From contig CM022668.1 of NCBI GenBank assembly GCA_012295275.1, positions 8,308,001 to 8,372,000 of the forward strand: a DNA stretch of 64,000 bases, in the 5' to 3' direction. How positions within the stretch are numbered: the stretch's first letter is position 1; each line of letters starts with the position of its first letter. The position numbers were made by a program, and so were the translations under genes. The notes beneath the pieces were generated by a model that saw only the letters and a list, made by a program, of their open reading frames with translations, made no database searches and was not told the origin of the DNA. Source of the DNA: Chrysomallon squamiferum (taxonomy: Eukaryota > Animalia > Mollusca). Shown in pieces: positions 44,601 through 58,909 of this stretch.

Positions 44601-45934
44601 TATATATACATATGTATATATACATACATATATACACATACATACACGAACACTTGCATAACAAATACAAATAATATAATTACAATAATTTTCTAGTCGA
44701 AATCGTTTTGCCTCAGGAGAATGAGCGTTCAAATGGGGCAAAAGCGAGTGGATGTCTGGACGTTCTGCGTGTTGGACTGAGTGTGAACCCCGTTTACCTT
44801 TCCTGTTTGTCCAGCAGCGCTTTTAACTAAAGTTCCTGTTTGAGTGAGGTGCATAACAATATTTCCTTCCTGCTAACAGTACGAAATGTAGCCAGCCAAA
44901 CAGCTGTAGTATGTTTCTTCTCTAGTGTATAATTTATCATGCATAATGTGTATATATTTAATGTCATTCATTGCTGTTTAACCAGAGATCTGAGGATTTG
45001 CAAAGTTTGTTTTCATTTTACAAAACTTTTAAAAGCACAATAAGATACCTAATAAAAGTACAATAATTTCTAAACTATTAACATTACCTCACACACTTCA
45101 TTATTCATCTGAATTACACGTTTTAAATAATAATAATGTGTATGTTAAATGATTATGTCTCTCCATTTCTGCAGTGATTAATTTCTTTAGTGCTTTCAAG
45201 AGAACCGACAATAATTATATATATTGTAACAGGCTTATTAATTTAGTTTTGACAAAGTAAGAGTTAGGTCCCTTTAAATGTTTAATCATTTTGGCTATTA
45301 TTGACTTTGAAGATATTTCAGAGTGTGCAGTTTGCAACCCATTTATTTATTTATTATGAATAAATCATTTTTGTTTTGTAAATAGATATATTAATATTTA
45401 TTCGAACCATTGGTCTTGAATTAGCCAAAGAGTTTTAGTAATATAATATAAATATTAATATGAATTATACGTCTTTACAACATATGCCAATTATTTATTT
45501 TAAATCTAAAATGATACAAACAACACCTGATAATTATATAATTATAATAATTAAAAATGACAATTCCTTCGTAATTTTTTTTTCCATGCGCACTGACAAG
45601 AATTATACAAGATTTACAGTCTTTTCATTTTATTTTTATATATTCAATTATATATATAACAATTCAATTGCAGTTTGTTTATTCTTTATTTCAATTATTT
45701 TATATTCCATTATATTTCTTCCGTGTTGTGTTCCTCCATGCTGGCAAGAGCACTGGACATAATCCAATTAAACAATTTTATTTGGTTGTAGTTCTTACAA
45801 AGATAATTATTACTTATATACTTATAGTTCTTTCAATTACAATCGATTAACTGTGTATATTCCACCTATTTATTTTCAACTTGAAAATAGATTATGGCAT
45901 TCCACGATATCTTTCGTCTTAAATTCCGCTGTGG

Positions 45935-46675
45935 CTAAGAGCATCGACAGTACAATGGTGGACATTTACCCACTGCGCAGGTATCTTGGCACCACTTATC
46001 TAGGGTGTGTATTCCCGCCCACAGATTAACAGCCTTGCAGTTTGATTGGCTGAGAGCCTGACCTTGCGAATGAGCCGGGAGGGGCGCAGGTCGCTGAGTT
46101 GCTTTGTTGTTCTGCGGCTGCGGCGTTGGTTGATACACGTGGGGTTTCTGAGTCGGATTTGGCTGCCATGGAGATGGCGGTTGTTGATGACTTTGAGGTG
46201 ACCCTTGACCTGTGATAGCTATGTCACTGCAGCCATAAAACTCTTCTTGTATGCCACATCCTACACAACCTCTGTGTGTAACTTTGTCAACACCGTAACT
46301 GTTTCCTGTAAGTTTAATTACAGATTTATGTTTGTTAAAGACTTCATTACCTAAACACATTCTTAAAGCTTATACCAATGGCGAAGTAATAAATGGTAAA
46401 ATAGTGGCCTTTATATTTCCAGGTAATCTTACTGTTTTGGCCGGCCTATTATCGGTCATTGTATCGTATAACAATAAATTAATATTTTCACGAAAAGTAT
46501 GTCTATAAATAACTGAAACAATGGCGTCTTATAACACGTATTGACAGCGGTCGTTTCTGACAACGTAAAAAAAGGTTTAGAATAAATCTGTGAAACTAGT
46601 TGTCGATGACGTCACTACTGCGGGAAACTGGCGACGTTCAGATATTCTGAAACTACTCTTTTGTTGAAAGACTTT

Positions 46676-46727
<52 letters not shown>

Positions 46728-48302
46728 TATGGAGCATAAATTAATCTGTATTTAACCTATCATTTAAGGTACACTTTAATGATTTGAAATTTCTAATAAT
46801 TATCATTTTATTTAATTTATATATCCCTGTGTAATATTTCTCAGTATAACAACTGCCTGCTGATCCAGTATAGCTATTTTTTAACAGAGACAACATACTT
46901 TTTCTGTAATTCCTTAGCATTAAAACGAGCTGCCTTTCGACCATAGCTATCAAATGTCTACATAGTACATTTTCTAGAATAGACGTGCACGTAATTCGTT
47001 AGTTTTAAAAAAATTTCTTTCTATTTATTACAGCTTAATACATGTGATTATTTAATATAAAAAACGACTTTTGTTTCGTGTATAGAAGCATGCATAAATG
47101 TAAATTCTTATTATTTAACCTGTTTCTTTTCTGACGTAGCTCTGTAACACATACCTGTATGCCACTTCCACTGCAAAACGCACTGAGAACACGTCAGTCC
47201 TTGCGGCAGTCTCACTTTGAGTCTGTACATGCCGACGTCAGAACCAATCACGTAGCGCGTACCAGCGCCGTTAGCCAGCTGGAGGACGTGTTGATTTAAA
47301 CACTCGTGTGTAACCGGCTTCTTGGGGTTGTTGTTCGGGCAGAGTCGGAATTCAAACCAGCCGAGATGATTGGCTGTTACTTCGATCTCGATATCGATAA
47401 TCTGACCGGACGTGTACGTTTTCACTATCTGACCTGTTGCGTAGAGACCACCAGCCTCGTTCTGACGTGGACCCTGATAAGGATCTCCACACACACCACA
47501 TTTTCCGTGATTTAGATAGTGTTGATTCTAAAAAATAATATAAATCAAATAAACTTCATACATAAATACACACAAAAGTTAATAATAATAACAATAACGT
47601 CAATAACAACAATTGCAGCAACACAACAATAATAATAGAAGAAGAAGAAGAAGAAAGAGAGAGAGAGAAAGAAAAACAAAAAAGAAAGACAAAAAAAACT
47701 TTAGTTTACTGTTAACTTTATCTTACGCATGTATACCCCAGTACTCTGTCACCTCTGATAAACCATCACTTTATTTTCACATCAGATTTCTACATCACCA
47801 TTTGACTGGCGATGTGTGAAACCTTTCATCCCTTTTAAAAATCTCTTTATCTCATTTTGTTTCGTAAACATGAAAACTAAAATCAACTTTGTTTATTCGT
47901 TTTATCTTTTTACTAAACGACATAGTCATTTGTTCAATGTTCCTGTTTTACGTACAGAGAAATATAAATCATTTTCTAATCTCACACAGATGTTATACAA
48001 AAAATCCTCACAAACTTAAACTTATTTTTCAGATTCTTCGTTTACTAAGATATTTAGAGATGCTCCTGGTTGGATGGAATTTAAAATTATTTTTCAGATT
48101 CTTGGTTTACTAAGATATTTAGAGATGTTTTGTTTAACATCGTAGAGTTAAAATAATAAATGATATTCTACGGAAATATTTTAAACAAATGAAACCCGCT
48201 GTTCAGGCGAAGAAAAGAAAAGAAAAGAAATTAAGCAAAGAAAAAAAATAAAAGAAAAAGAAATTAAGCAACACATAAGAAGAAATATAGAAAAAGACAA
48301 TA

Positions 48303-48350
<48 letters not shown>

Positions 48351-48440
48351 GCAAATAAATAGAATTTAAATATATATTGTTACATTTATAAACCAGAAGT
48401 CATAAAGTTATTTATACTTCTTTTGTCGTTTTTTGATGTA

Positions 48441-48474
<34 letters not shown>

Positions 48475-48686
48475 CTTAAAAAAACCCAAAACCGCCACTA
48501 CTATAACAAAAACTGTTTTAACAGTTACTAGAACTACCTCTATTCCTCCTCCTCCTCCTATTATTATTACTACTATCACAATTACTACTATTACTATTGC
48601 TACTAATACGGCTGCTGTTACTTCTGATATTACTATTACTACTGCTGCACCTAGCAGTACTGTTGTTACTGCTGCTTCCACATCAC

Positions 48687-48728
<42 letters not shown>

Positions 48729-48732
48729 TCAG

Positions 48733-48798
<66 letters not shown>

Positions 48799-49008
48799 TA
48801 ATAAAAATAATAAATATGTTTAACACAAAAGAAGACTCACGTAAAATCCTCCACAGAACAGCTGGTTGTCGTTGTAGTTTTTCGGTGTGTTGTAACCTTT
48901 TCTCCACATGCTGGATCGTCCAACCGGCTCAAGAAGTCTTCCATGTCCTACAACAACGTCACACCACGTCAACAACGTGGTTACAACAACCACGATCGTC
49001 AGCTTCAT
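45935..49008 (-). CDS. Lytic polysaccharide monooxygenase, family AA15 (chitin-binding type-4 domain), with Pro/Gln linker and 6-Cys C-terminal module, 303 aa
   Basis: Exons 49008-48841, 47527-47155 and 46305-45935 are phase-consistent. A 21-aa signal peptide is followed by His1 (HGRLLEPVGRSSMWR), then NDNQLFCGGF, CGVCGDPY, the second brace His in TANHLGWFEFRLC, LTCSQCVLQWKWHTGNSYG and GCGIQEEFYGCSDI. Confidence 0.93.
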
Positions 49009-49062
49009 TGTAATGTTACTTATTGTTCGTCGAAAAACGATAGTGAGATCAGGGAAACATCC

Positions 49063-49093
49063 TTTATATTTATTAACCCTCTGATGACGTCAT
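49063..49093 (-). promoter_or_regulatory. LPMO proximal promoter: TATAAA plus palindromic CRE ATGACGTCAT
   Basis: Minus-strand TATAAA at 49068-49063, ~55 nt upstream of the ATG, with ATGACGTCAT at 49084-49093. Confidence 0.55.
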
Positions 49094-49360
49094 TTCCGTT
49101 AGAAACATAGTAATCTTATCTTGAACCAGGCTTGTTTTGGACAGGAATTTTCATAAGTATGTTTATCTTAGTACAGTGTCGTTAAAAAACAGAGAAGAAA
49201 AACCAAACAAACAAACTCATTCTTTATTATTTTTGTTAATATTATTTTTCAACATCTAATGCCATTGTGTAAGGGTGATCTACATTATAATAAATTTTCA
49301 TTTATGAAGGATAATTACTGAAAAGATTTAGAAAGGAAGAAGAAGAAAATGATGATGATG

Positions 49361-49395
<35 letters not shown>

Positions 49396-49828
49396 AATAA
49401 ATAAATAAACCGATGCATTTACACATGATTTTACATACTGACAAAAAATAAATTAAAATGTTATGAGTCATTTCGGAAAAGGCAAACAACGATTATCAAG
49501 AAAAAAAAAAAAAAGAAAAAAGAAAAGAAATAAACAGTTACTTTGTTCTTTCACTCTATCACAAAAATTAATAATCCCAGATTAAACTGTTAGGACAAAC
49601 AATGTGTTAGACACTCGAGGGATAAAGAAACGAGTAACTCGATACAACAAGATCGTGGTGCTTTTTCCGCAGCGGAAAAACATTGCGGTAAAATCGTGCG
49701 TTTGTTATCTCAGATATTTTGAGTGGACCGCACCCGTTATTGCAACTTCTTTTTAAAACTTGATCTTATGTTTTCAGTGTATTTCCATATTCTACTGTTT
49801 TCTTCTTCTTTTCTTCTTCTTCTTCTTC

Positions 49829-49859
<31 letters not shown>

Positions 49860-50489
49860 GATACATACTCATACATACATACATACATACATAATCACAC
49901 ATTATATGCATATATAGACAGCCATACAGTCATATATGTACTTAGAAACACCCGTATACATACATACAGACAGACACTCACTCAAATACGTGTATACAGA
50001 AACATGTGTTTTTGCACACACAACCATACACATAAAAGTAATACAGAGACATATTAACGTGCATACAAACACTGAGACAAATATTCACAAAGATAATCTA
50101 TAAGCTGAAAAAAATGTGCGTATCGTTTTAATATTAATTTCATACATAAAATGTCTTAAATACCACGTTTTCAACAACCTTGATGTTCTTAATACTAAAT
50201 GTAAGAAAACAGAAAAACAACAACTAAGTATTATGAATGATTTTCTATTAACTGTGTACTGAAATAACTACTGCACAGCTTTGCATACGTAGAATATTTC
50301 ATTAAAACTAAATATTAAATAAATAACATTAATTAATCAGTCGATCCGTGAGAAAGATGTGATTAAAAATTAATTAAACTGCTTATTACATTTCAGAATT
50401 AATTAACATTAAGCTTCATGAATACAAGTACTGTGATAAAGGAAAAAATAATAATAATACAAAAATTATAAATTCAAACAAACAAAAAA

Positions 50490-51800
50490 TCTCTTTAAGT
50501 GATGCAATGAACAGAACTAAATCACCTGTGTGGATGTCTAACTGCTGACTTTTATGTTAAATTCGTGAACAATTTCAACATGATGTTTCATCAAATAGTT
50601 TTGTCAATTCAGAAAGAGGCAATGTTGTCACGTATGAAAAAAGGGGTAATTAATATTTTTTACAAGAAAAAAAGATAACACAGGCCTTGAAAATGTCACA
50701 CCTAGTAGCTTTTAAACGTAGATTATAAAAAGTTCTTGTTACACAGGTTATGTTATCTATTGTTTCATCTAACAAACCTGTTGTGCAGTGGAAGAGATGC
50801 TGTTGTGCAGTGGAAGAGATGCTGTAGATAACATTAGTGAGTGAGGGATATCACTGAGACTGTTGAGTTAAGAAGGGTTTAATTGTTAAAAGTGATCATG
50901 AAAAAGGTTATCACTTTGTCTTATGCTAAACAAAACTGAAATACTGAACTTTGGTAATAAATTTATATCGTTGATGAAAATACTGTATAATGACACAAAA
51001 AGTAGAATGAAGATTAATGGACATTTAACATCTTTCTTTAGTATTACTATACGTGTTAGACAAGAATGTGCAGTTTCCATATGCTTTATCTTGTTGTTGC
51101 AGAACTATTAAAAGATTTATTTAAGACTGGATATAGTAAAAGTGGAATCAGAAGAACAAACGAATTTAATTCTTTATTATTTCAGCCTGATGAGGATACT
51201 TCTGTAACAGCTCGTGATACTCAGTCTGTTGAGTCTATTTTTAACACTGTCAGTATGTTTTGTCAGGCGTCTTGTGCAACAGTCAATGTAGATAAGTCAG
51301 AAGTACTTTGTCTTGATAAGACTATAAAAGAAAACTTATCTTTTGACATTCCGATATCGGTAAATAAAGACTGTTAAATTCTAGATATATTTAGGACCGA
51401 ATAACTCATTATGTGAAAGGTTGAACTGAAAAGTAAATTAGTTAAAATTTGTAATTTAATTAATTTATGGGGTCAAAGGAAAGTATGAAAAAACTCTGTT
51501 AACGTCTACACTTTGGTATATAATTAGTACAATTAATGTTCCAAAGTGGGTAAAAAAAAAAAAAATCTGACTTTTTTTTATAAATTTAGGTCGGATGGAA
51601 AAAGCCTTTAATAAAATATTCAACAATCATTGGAAATAAAACGTTCAAGATGTTTCATTATAGAAAATGGCTTTTTGTATTAAAATGTTAAAGAAACATT
51701 TTATATTGATTTAAAAATTAAATCACCTACACGTGAAGAAAACTGGATAGAGCTTGGGTGTGATGTCTTGTAGAAGCCAGAAATAAATACACTACAGTGA
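50490..51800 (+). mobile_element. Decayed non-LTR retrotransposon reverse transcriptase (L1/Tx1-like)
   Basis: Broken frames give RT motifs in the expected order: KSP..D, ALLNVDYK, GRDAVDNI, NFGNKFISLMKILY, KINGHLTSFFSITIRVRQECAVS (RQGC-like), LFQPDEDT (degenerate YADD) and FCQASCATVNVDKSEVL. Many stops and frameshifts. Confidence 0.8.
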
Positions 51801-53237
51801 TAATTTTACTGAATTTATTGGCCGTGTTTTACTCTCAACAAATATTACATTATTTACCGTTCTAAACCAACATTTTACACATAGCTACACTATAAACTAT
51901 GCTATCCAGGTTACAGCTTTTTCTCTTTTTTTGTTTTTTTTTGTTTATCATTTTAAAAGGTTTATTTGATTTTATTTTTTGGTTGCTTTGTTGCAGTAAT
52001 ACTTGTTATTATTATCTGAGTTTATTTAAAAATGTGTGTGACTCTGCATTCATTTATGTATGTACGTATATGTATGTATGTTTATATGTACGCATGTATA
52101 TATGTGTCTCTATGTGTCTGTGAATGTAAGCGTGTGTCTGTATTTGCTTTCTTTTTGATCAATGCTGTTGTTTTTGAAATATTAAATACGACTCTAAAGT
52201 TACATTCAGAAATGATGATGACACTTCTCAGTGTATTACTGCAATGCACTCAAGTGAAACTTTGTTTAATGAAAAATAACGTATTGTGTAAAACAGTCTT
52301 GCAATCATATTTAAACACACACAATCACATACATATTTAAACATACCCATAAACACACATACACACACTTTTGAACACATACACACACATACGCACATAT
52401 ACACTCACAGAAGCAAACGGAAGACAAACCTACACCATTTGTACAACACATACTTTAGACAGAATTCATGTTTAGGCTAATTAACAAGTTTATCATAAAT
52501 ATCTAAGTTACAAGTACTGAATAAGATATTTATATTTTGTACTAAAGACAATGAAATGTGTGGGCCTCGCGTGATCGTCTCTCAGAGAGATCCGACAGCT
52601 GAGAATAAACTGAACGTTCAGTACTCGCAGAATCGAAAACCAGACACGAACAGAGAAACGATTTCATTTCTAAAACACATGCAATTATATTAACCTTAAA
52701 TTTTAAATCTGTGTATTAGTACGGCCTCGTATTTCATAGTATTTCAATCTACTACAAAATCAGTGGTATAGATTATCATTCGAAGGTGTAGATCATCATT
52801 CCAACAGTTAAGAATCTGTCCTTGTTCCATAATTACAAAACTTTCACTGATACGAGTTTGATCTAAAATATACATTCTGAACTTAATGCTCTGACCTAAA
52901 TTAAAGTGGTTCAATACTAATAAATAGTCTTAAAAAACTTTTACATAAATTCCATAGCTTTGATACAGTTTAGATATTCGGACAGAAGGACATTCGGACT
53001 AACAGCTGTTTGTGATATTAATACATAAACACACACACACACATACATGTGCAATTTCCAGGTAAAAGAAACAAAATCTACTTCTATGTAAGAGTGTACG
53101 TTAAATTTCTTTACGTACACATGTACAATGCTTACAGTAATGTCTAATGAGTCTTAGTTATAAAATGTTCTGATAAATTTAAAGCACAATACCATTTTGA
53201 CTACTCGCTGTTCAAACAATGCTTTGAAATCTTATTT

Positions 53238-55555
53238 TTACGGCACAAATGATTGATTAATAAATGATTTGCTCTGAATATATTGCTCGCTGTCAAACAT
53301 GAAATAGCCTAATTTGTTATAAACGTTTCGACAAAATTTATCTATTTTAATAATTATTTGAGGATCTGCTGTTTCAAACCATTTATAGGGAACAGTTCTC
53401 GAATCTTCGCGGTCCGAATCAAAATATCCGCCCTTTTTCCCAGTACACTTTTCCTATAAACTCTTCTTATGTTATCAAGCGTGAGGGGAACTCCGACAAA
53501 CTTGTACAGTTCCTTCACCTTTTTCAGCGGATTCATAGCCAGAGTTTCGTATCTGATCATTGCGGCACGGTCGGGAAAGTTCTGTTTGATAATGTTAAAA
53601 TCTCTAATATCTGCTTCCATGCTTTCGCATAGCTCTTTGGCATAGTCTCCAATTTTGTTGTAGAATTCTGGGGTCTCACCAACGATCTTTCTAGAATGTA
53701 GAATACCGCGGGGGTCTCGCACCAAATATATGAGCCGCAGATTCGTATTATTTTCTAGAAATACCCTGGTTTGTTTGACGTTCAGACGGATTATTTTAAT
53801 TAAACGGACTGATGAGTTCTCGCACATGTTTCTCAGAATGGCGACACACACGTCCAGGCCGCGTTTTCTTCTCAGGTATCTGTCGACACACACAGCGTAA
53901 GGTTTATTTTTTGTGGTTCTGTGCAACATCGTTAGCGAGTCTGTGCAAATTTCCTTCAGGTCGCACTCGAACCACTTCTGTATCTGTCTAACAGATTCCA
54001 AAACAACCTGGCTGTCTGTTGCTAAATACCTGTAAGTGAACAAACAGCAAAATTACTGAAGTATATAAATAATTAAATATATAAATAAATAAATATATAT
54101 ACGCTAGCCCATTAAAGAAGGCAAAAAGAAAGTAATAATAATAATAACAATATCAGATAATAATAATAATAATAATAATAATGATAAAAATAATAATAAA
54201 AATAATAAAATAAAATAAAATAAAACAAAATAAAATAAATAAATAAATAAAAATAGAAAATATATAAAACAATAATTGACCAAATAGTATTCTTACAGAT
54301 CTATAAAAACGATTTTTAATCACGACGAAAAATATTCCCATTATTATTTTAAATCTTTTAGAAGATGTCCAACTGTAATGATAAACAGGAAAGTTCTGTC
54401 TTTCAAGATTAATATACTTTTATATTTGTGATCTGTTGTACATACTGTTGTGAAATAAATAAACAAACAATAAAAATAAACAAAATGTGTTGCTCCACTT
54501 CAAACAGAAAACAGAGATTTCTGAACTCGGATGACAAACATAAAAATGTTTCATAATATTAAAACGAATACTATTTTACCCTAATACATGTTTGACTTTG
54601 TTTGCTATTCAGTGATAAAATGCACAGGTGGACAGAAAACACGCGACCCAGCGTAAAACAAATTTCCTGACAAAGTGGTCATCCAACCATGACCATTTTA
54701 TTTCAACATATCACGAGTTATTAATGAACACGCATGGATTTTACGTTTTAAGATCAGCTTTATAAACAGTTTAGTAAACAGAGAACAAACCCCGGTGTGT
54801 TTTTACCTTTTCTTTACCGTAAAAACATGAGACCAATACAGTGGTACCTCGAGTTACGAGAGCTCCAACTTATGAATGTTTCGAGTTACGAGCAGTCGCC
54901 CGGTCGATATTTTGTTTTGAGTTGCGAGCCAAAATTCGAGTTATGAGCGGGCTTCAGATACGCCACCGCCAGTTGGCGCAACGAACAACACAACATCCAG
55001 CCAGCATCCCGCGTGTCACGTGTTTACGTCACGTGGTTACCTCGCCGTGCAAGCATCTCTGTTGTGTTGTGCTCGCGTTTTTTGCAGTATTTTGCCAAAT
55101 TTATTTTTTCTGTCCATGGATTCTTAGAAAGTTCATTGAATGCTTTAGCATGAAATCACAGAAAAACATGAGTGAGGCAGGCACGTAATCGACTTGACTA
55201 GTACTTCTACGATATGTACCATACTGAAGCAGAAGGAGTCGATAAAGGCTGTAACTCCAGCCAAAGGCGTTAAAATAATTTATCAGATCTCCAAGATAAA
55301 TACACTTTAAAAAACCAATTTATTTCTTTATATTCTCTTTTATTTTATTTTATACAATATTTGTCATTTATACATACATTTTTCGTATTTAAAAACACGT
55401 TATGAAAAAATGGGGTGGCTTTTGGGGGATTGGAACTGATTAATGGTATTTCAATTAATTTTATTTAGGAAAATTGACTTGATGTACAAGCAAAGTGAGT
55501 TACAAGCTCGGTGACGGAACGAATTAAACTCGTAAGTCAAGGAACCACTGTAGTA

Positions 55556-55654
<99 letters not shown>

Positions 55655-56515
55655 GTATTCGTTTATTTTTTACCCCGCCTCTGGATGTCTTTCTTTCACT
55701 TTTTCTGTTTCGCTCTTGGACTACACCAATTTTCTCACAAATCTGTTTGCTTCTTTGTTTTTTTTCTTTGCCAATTTACATCACCTTTCTCTATCTCTCT
55801 GTTTCTTTCTCTCAAATAAATAAGGATTAAGTAAGTAAGTAAATAAAGAGAAAGATACATAGACATATAAATAGATGCACGGATAGATAGATAGATAAAC
55901 AGACAGACAGACAAATAGACAGATAAACAGATAAACTTTACAATTTTGTTCCATTCATGAATGTCATATTGTAATCACTTCGGAACCTGTACATGGGCTC
56001 GAATTTGTAGAATGTTCCTGGGTACTGATCAATCACTGATGACGTAAAGGTGGAACCGCTCCTGAAATATGCTACTATCAAAACATATGTTGGTTTTGAT
56101 GGATTCGGAAGATCTATAAAAAAGAAAAAATCGAGAGGAAATTACTACTACAACTGCTACTGAACTAACACTACTACTACTATTACTACTACTATAACAA
56201 CTACTACTGCTACTATTGTCATTACTACTAGTACTACTACTACTACCACTACTACTCTGCTGCTACTACTACTACTACCACCACTACTACTACTACTACT
56301 AACACTACTACTACTACTACCACTACTACTCTGCTGCTACTACTACAACCACCACCACTACTACTACTAACACTACTACTACTACTACTTCACTACTACT
56401 CTACTATTACTGTCACTACTATTACCATTACTGCTACCACTGCAGTCATTATACTGTTACTATATTACTACTACAACTACTAGTACTACCACTCTTACAA
56501 CTAGTACGACTGCTG

Positions 56516-56550
<35 letters not shown>

Positions 56551-58820
56551 GATTGTACTACTATTACTACTACTGCCACTGCTATTACTATTACATCGCT
56601 ACTACTCTACTATTACTACTACTACTATATTACTACTACTAATACTACTTCTACCACTAAAATCATTAATACTACTACTGTTACTTCTGTGGATAATAAT
56701 CACAAATATAGCAATAACAATTAATAAATAAATTTACTAATCTGGATGTAAATAATATTCATACACAAATTACTGAATCATCCAAAAGTGATGTTTATTT
56801 TATTTTAAAATTTTCACATCTGTTTATTGGGAAGAATACAAACCTCGATTCAAGGAAAATCTTAAACTTGAATAAGAAAAATCAACATCTGTATCCGGAA
56901 TCTGTTTTTCTAGGATAATATCAATAAAACGATTATGTGTTAATTCTTAGAGTGGCGACAGCTGACCGCTGGAAATATTTATATAACAGAGCGATACGAA
57001 AGAAACCAGAAAAATAAATAAAGGACGTGAAAACTTACCTCGTTGAAATACACCGCGACTTACAAAGATGAGGACTGGCAGTGACAGGAGCACTAGAAAC
57101 AACAACTGATATTTCAGTCTGAAACATCAAATTAAATTACTAGTTTCACCTGTTTATTTCATCCTTAGTATCTCTCTTCATGTTTCGTCTTCCTTCTCAA
57201 CATTAGTCCTTCTTTCACTCACTCTATCTCTTTCTTTCACTCAGCATTGTATATGTGTATCCATATACACAATACAAACACACATATATAGAAACGTATA
57301 TATGTATAGGTATGTGTGTCTGTATGTATGTATGTTTGTATCTATGTATTATTTAATGTCAGTTTTTAATTTGCAGTTACCTAAATATATCTGATTTTAA
57401 AGTCCAAACGACTGAAATTTTTACGAAGTTCTTAATAAAATGTAATACACTCACGTGCATACAAATAAATGCACATTCACACACTCACAAAAAACACTAC
57501 GTAACTGACACCGCTAAGATACACGTACTTTTTGCGTATAGTAATCTTAACTGAAGAACCATTTATAGTTATTTTATTTATTTAAAATATAAAATAAAAT
57601 AAATAATAAAAAATATAATAATAAATAAAATAAAATAAAATAATAAATAAAATAAAATAAAATAAATAATAAAAAATATAATAATAAATAAAATAAAATA
57701 AAATATCCAAGGCGTCACGTATAGAAGCTATTTTAGAAGATATAATTCATCTGTCATAACATCTGCAATCAATACAAAGTATAATATACAAGCTGAAACC
57801 ACGTTACACTAAATCTATATTAATAACTCTTAAGAGAATGTATATTTTTATTTATTCTAATCGATAAACAATAATTACCTTATTGGTAAGCAGCTCTTAA
57901 TTAGTTTCATCCTGCAGCTGATCAATTGAACAAAATATCCAGTTCCGAACATGACTCCGAATATTAAATTTTGATATTCAAGTTTAAACGATAATCTTCC
58001 GTGATCCAGCTTAAACTAGTTTTAACGGTCACGCTAGCAAATCCAGTCAAAGCTTGTTTCTGTCATCGAAAAATAGAAAATCCAATTTAACGAGTTTTAA
58101 CAGCAAAAAAGCCAGAAAATCCAGTCTAACCTAGTTTCAACAAGAGAATCTTGTAACTATCAAGTCACTGTTCGAGTCCAGTAGATATCACAGACAGCCC
58201 AGTTTCAACCTTCACAAAAAATATATATATTAACTCTTTTTATTAGACTAACTTCTACTTCACATTAAGCAAGTTTAATGTTAACTTTTGTTTTAAACCA
58301 GTCGCATCAACCACAGTTCACACAGACACTTTGCGGTGGACCAGTTTTAACACCACATTAACTTTTTTGTATTAGAATGATTTTAGCATCCCATTAACAC
58401 TTTGTAGTAGACCAATTTTAACATCATATTAACAAAATTTCATCTTAACACATTGTGTCAGATACATTTTAACATCACATTAACTCTTTGTGTTAGGCCA
58501 GTTTTAACGTAATATTAACCTCTGTTAAAAACGTATAAACCGTTAAAAGGGTCATTTCCGATCTCTCTGTCGGAACAGTATTAACGATAACGTTGATGTT
58601 TGGGTTATATCAGTTTAAATTTTTCTTAAGATATCCGTATTCGATCTGTTTCGATCATTATGATTCGTGGTCAGTTCTGTCACTGGACCAGTTTCAATCA
58701 CGAGAACTCTTTCTCCAGTTCAACTGTGTCCATTTCAGCTAACACAGCTCGTTCAGTTCGGACAGAAACTTGCCGAGTTATTCTTCACCAGCAAAATCAA
58801 TAATTGCAAAAGACTTTTCA

Positions 58821-58909
<89 letters not shown>

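Noticed and set aside
45935-49008. Bacterial AA10 LPMO, contamination or recent horizontal transfer
   Set aside because: It has two spliceosomal introns and AA15-type motifs (CGVCGD, CVLQW, CGxQEEFxGCSD) typical of animal enzymes.
49662-49680. Hairpin TTTTTCCGC-A-GCGGAAAAA as a terminator
   Set aside because: Eukaryotic intergenic context and 9-bp arms, which could arise by chance in 64 kb.
54841-55188. 115-aa ORF as a transposase
   Set aside because: It starts inside the TIR and has no HTH or DDE motif.
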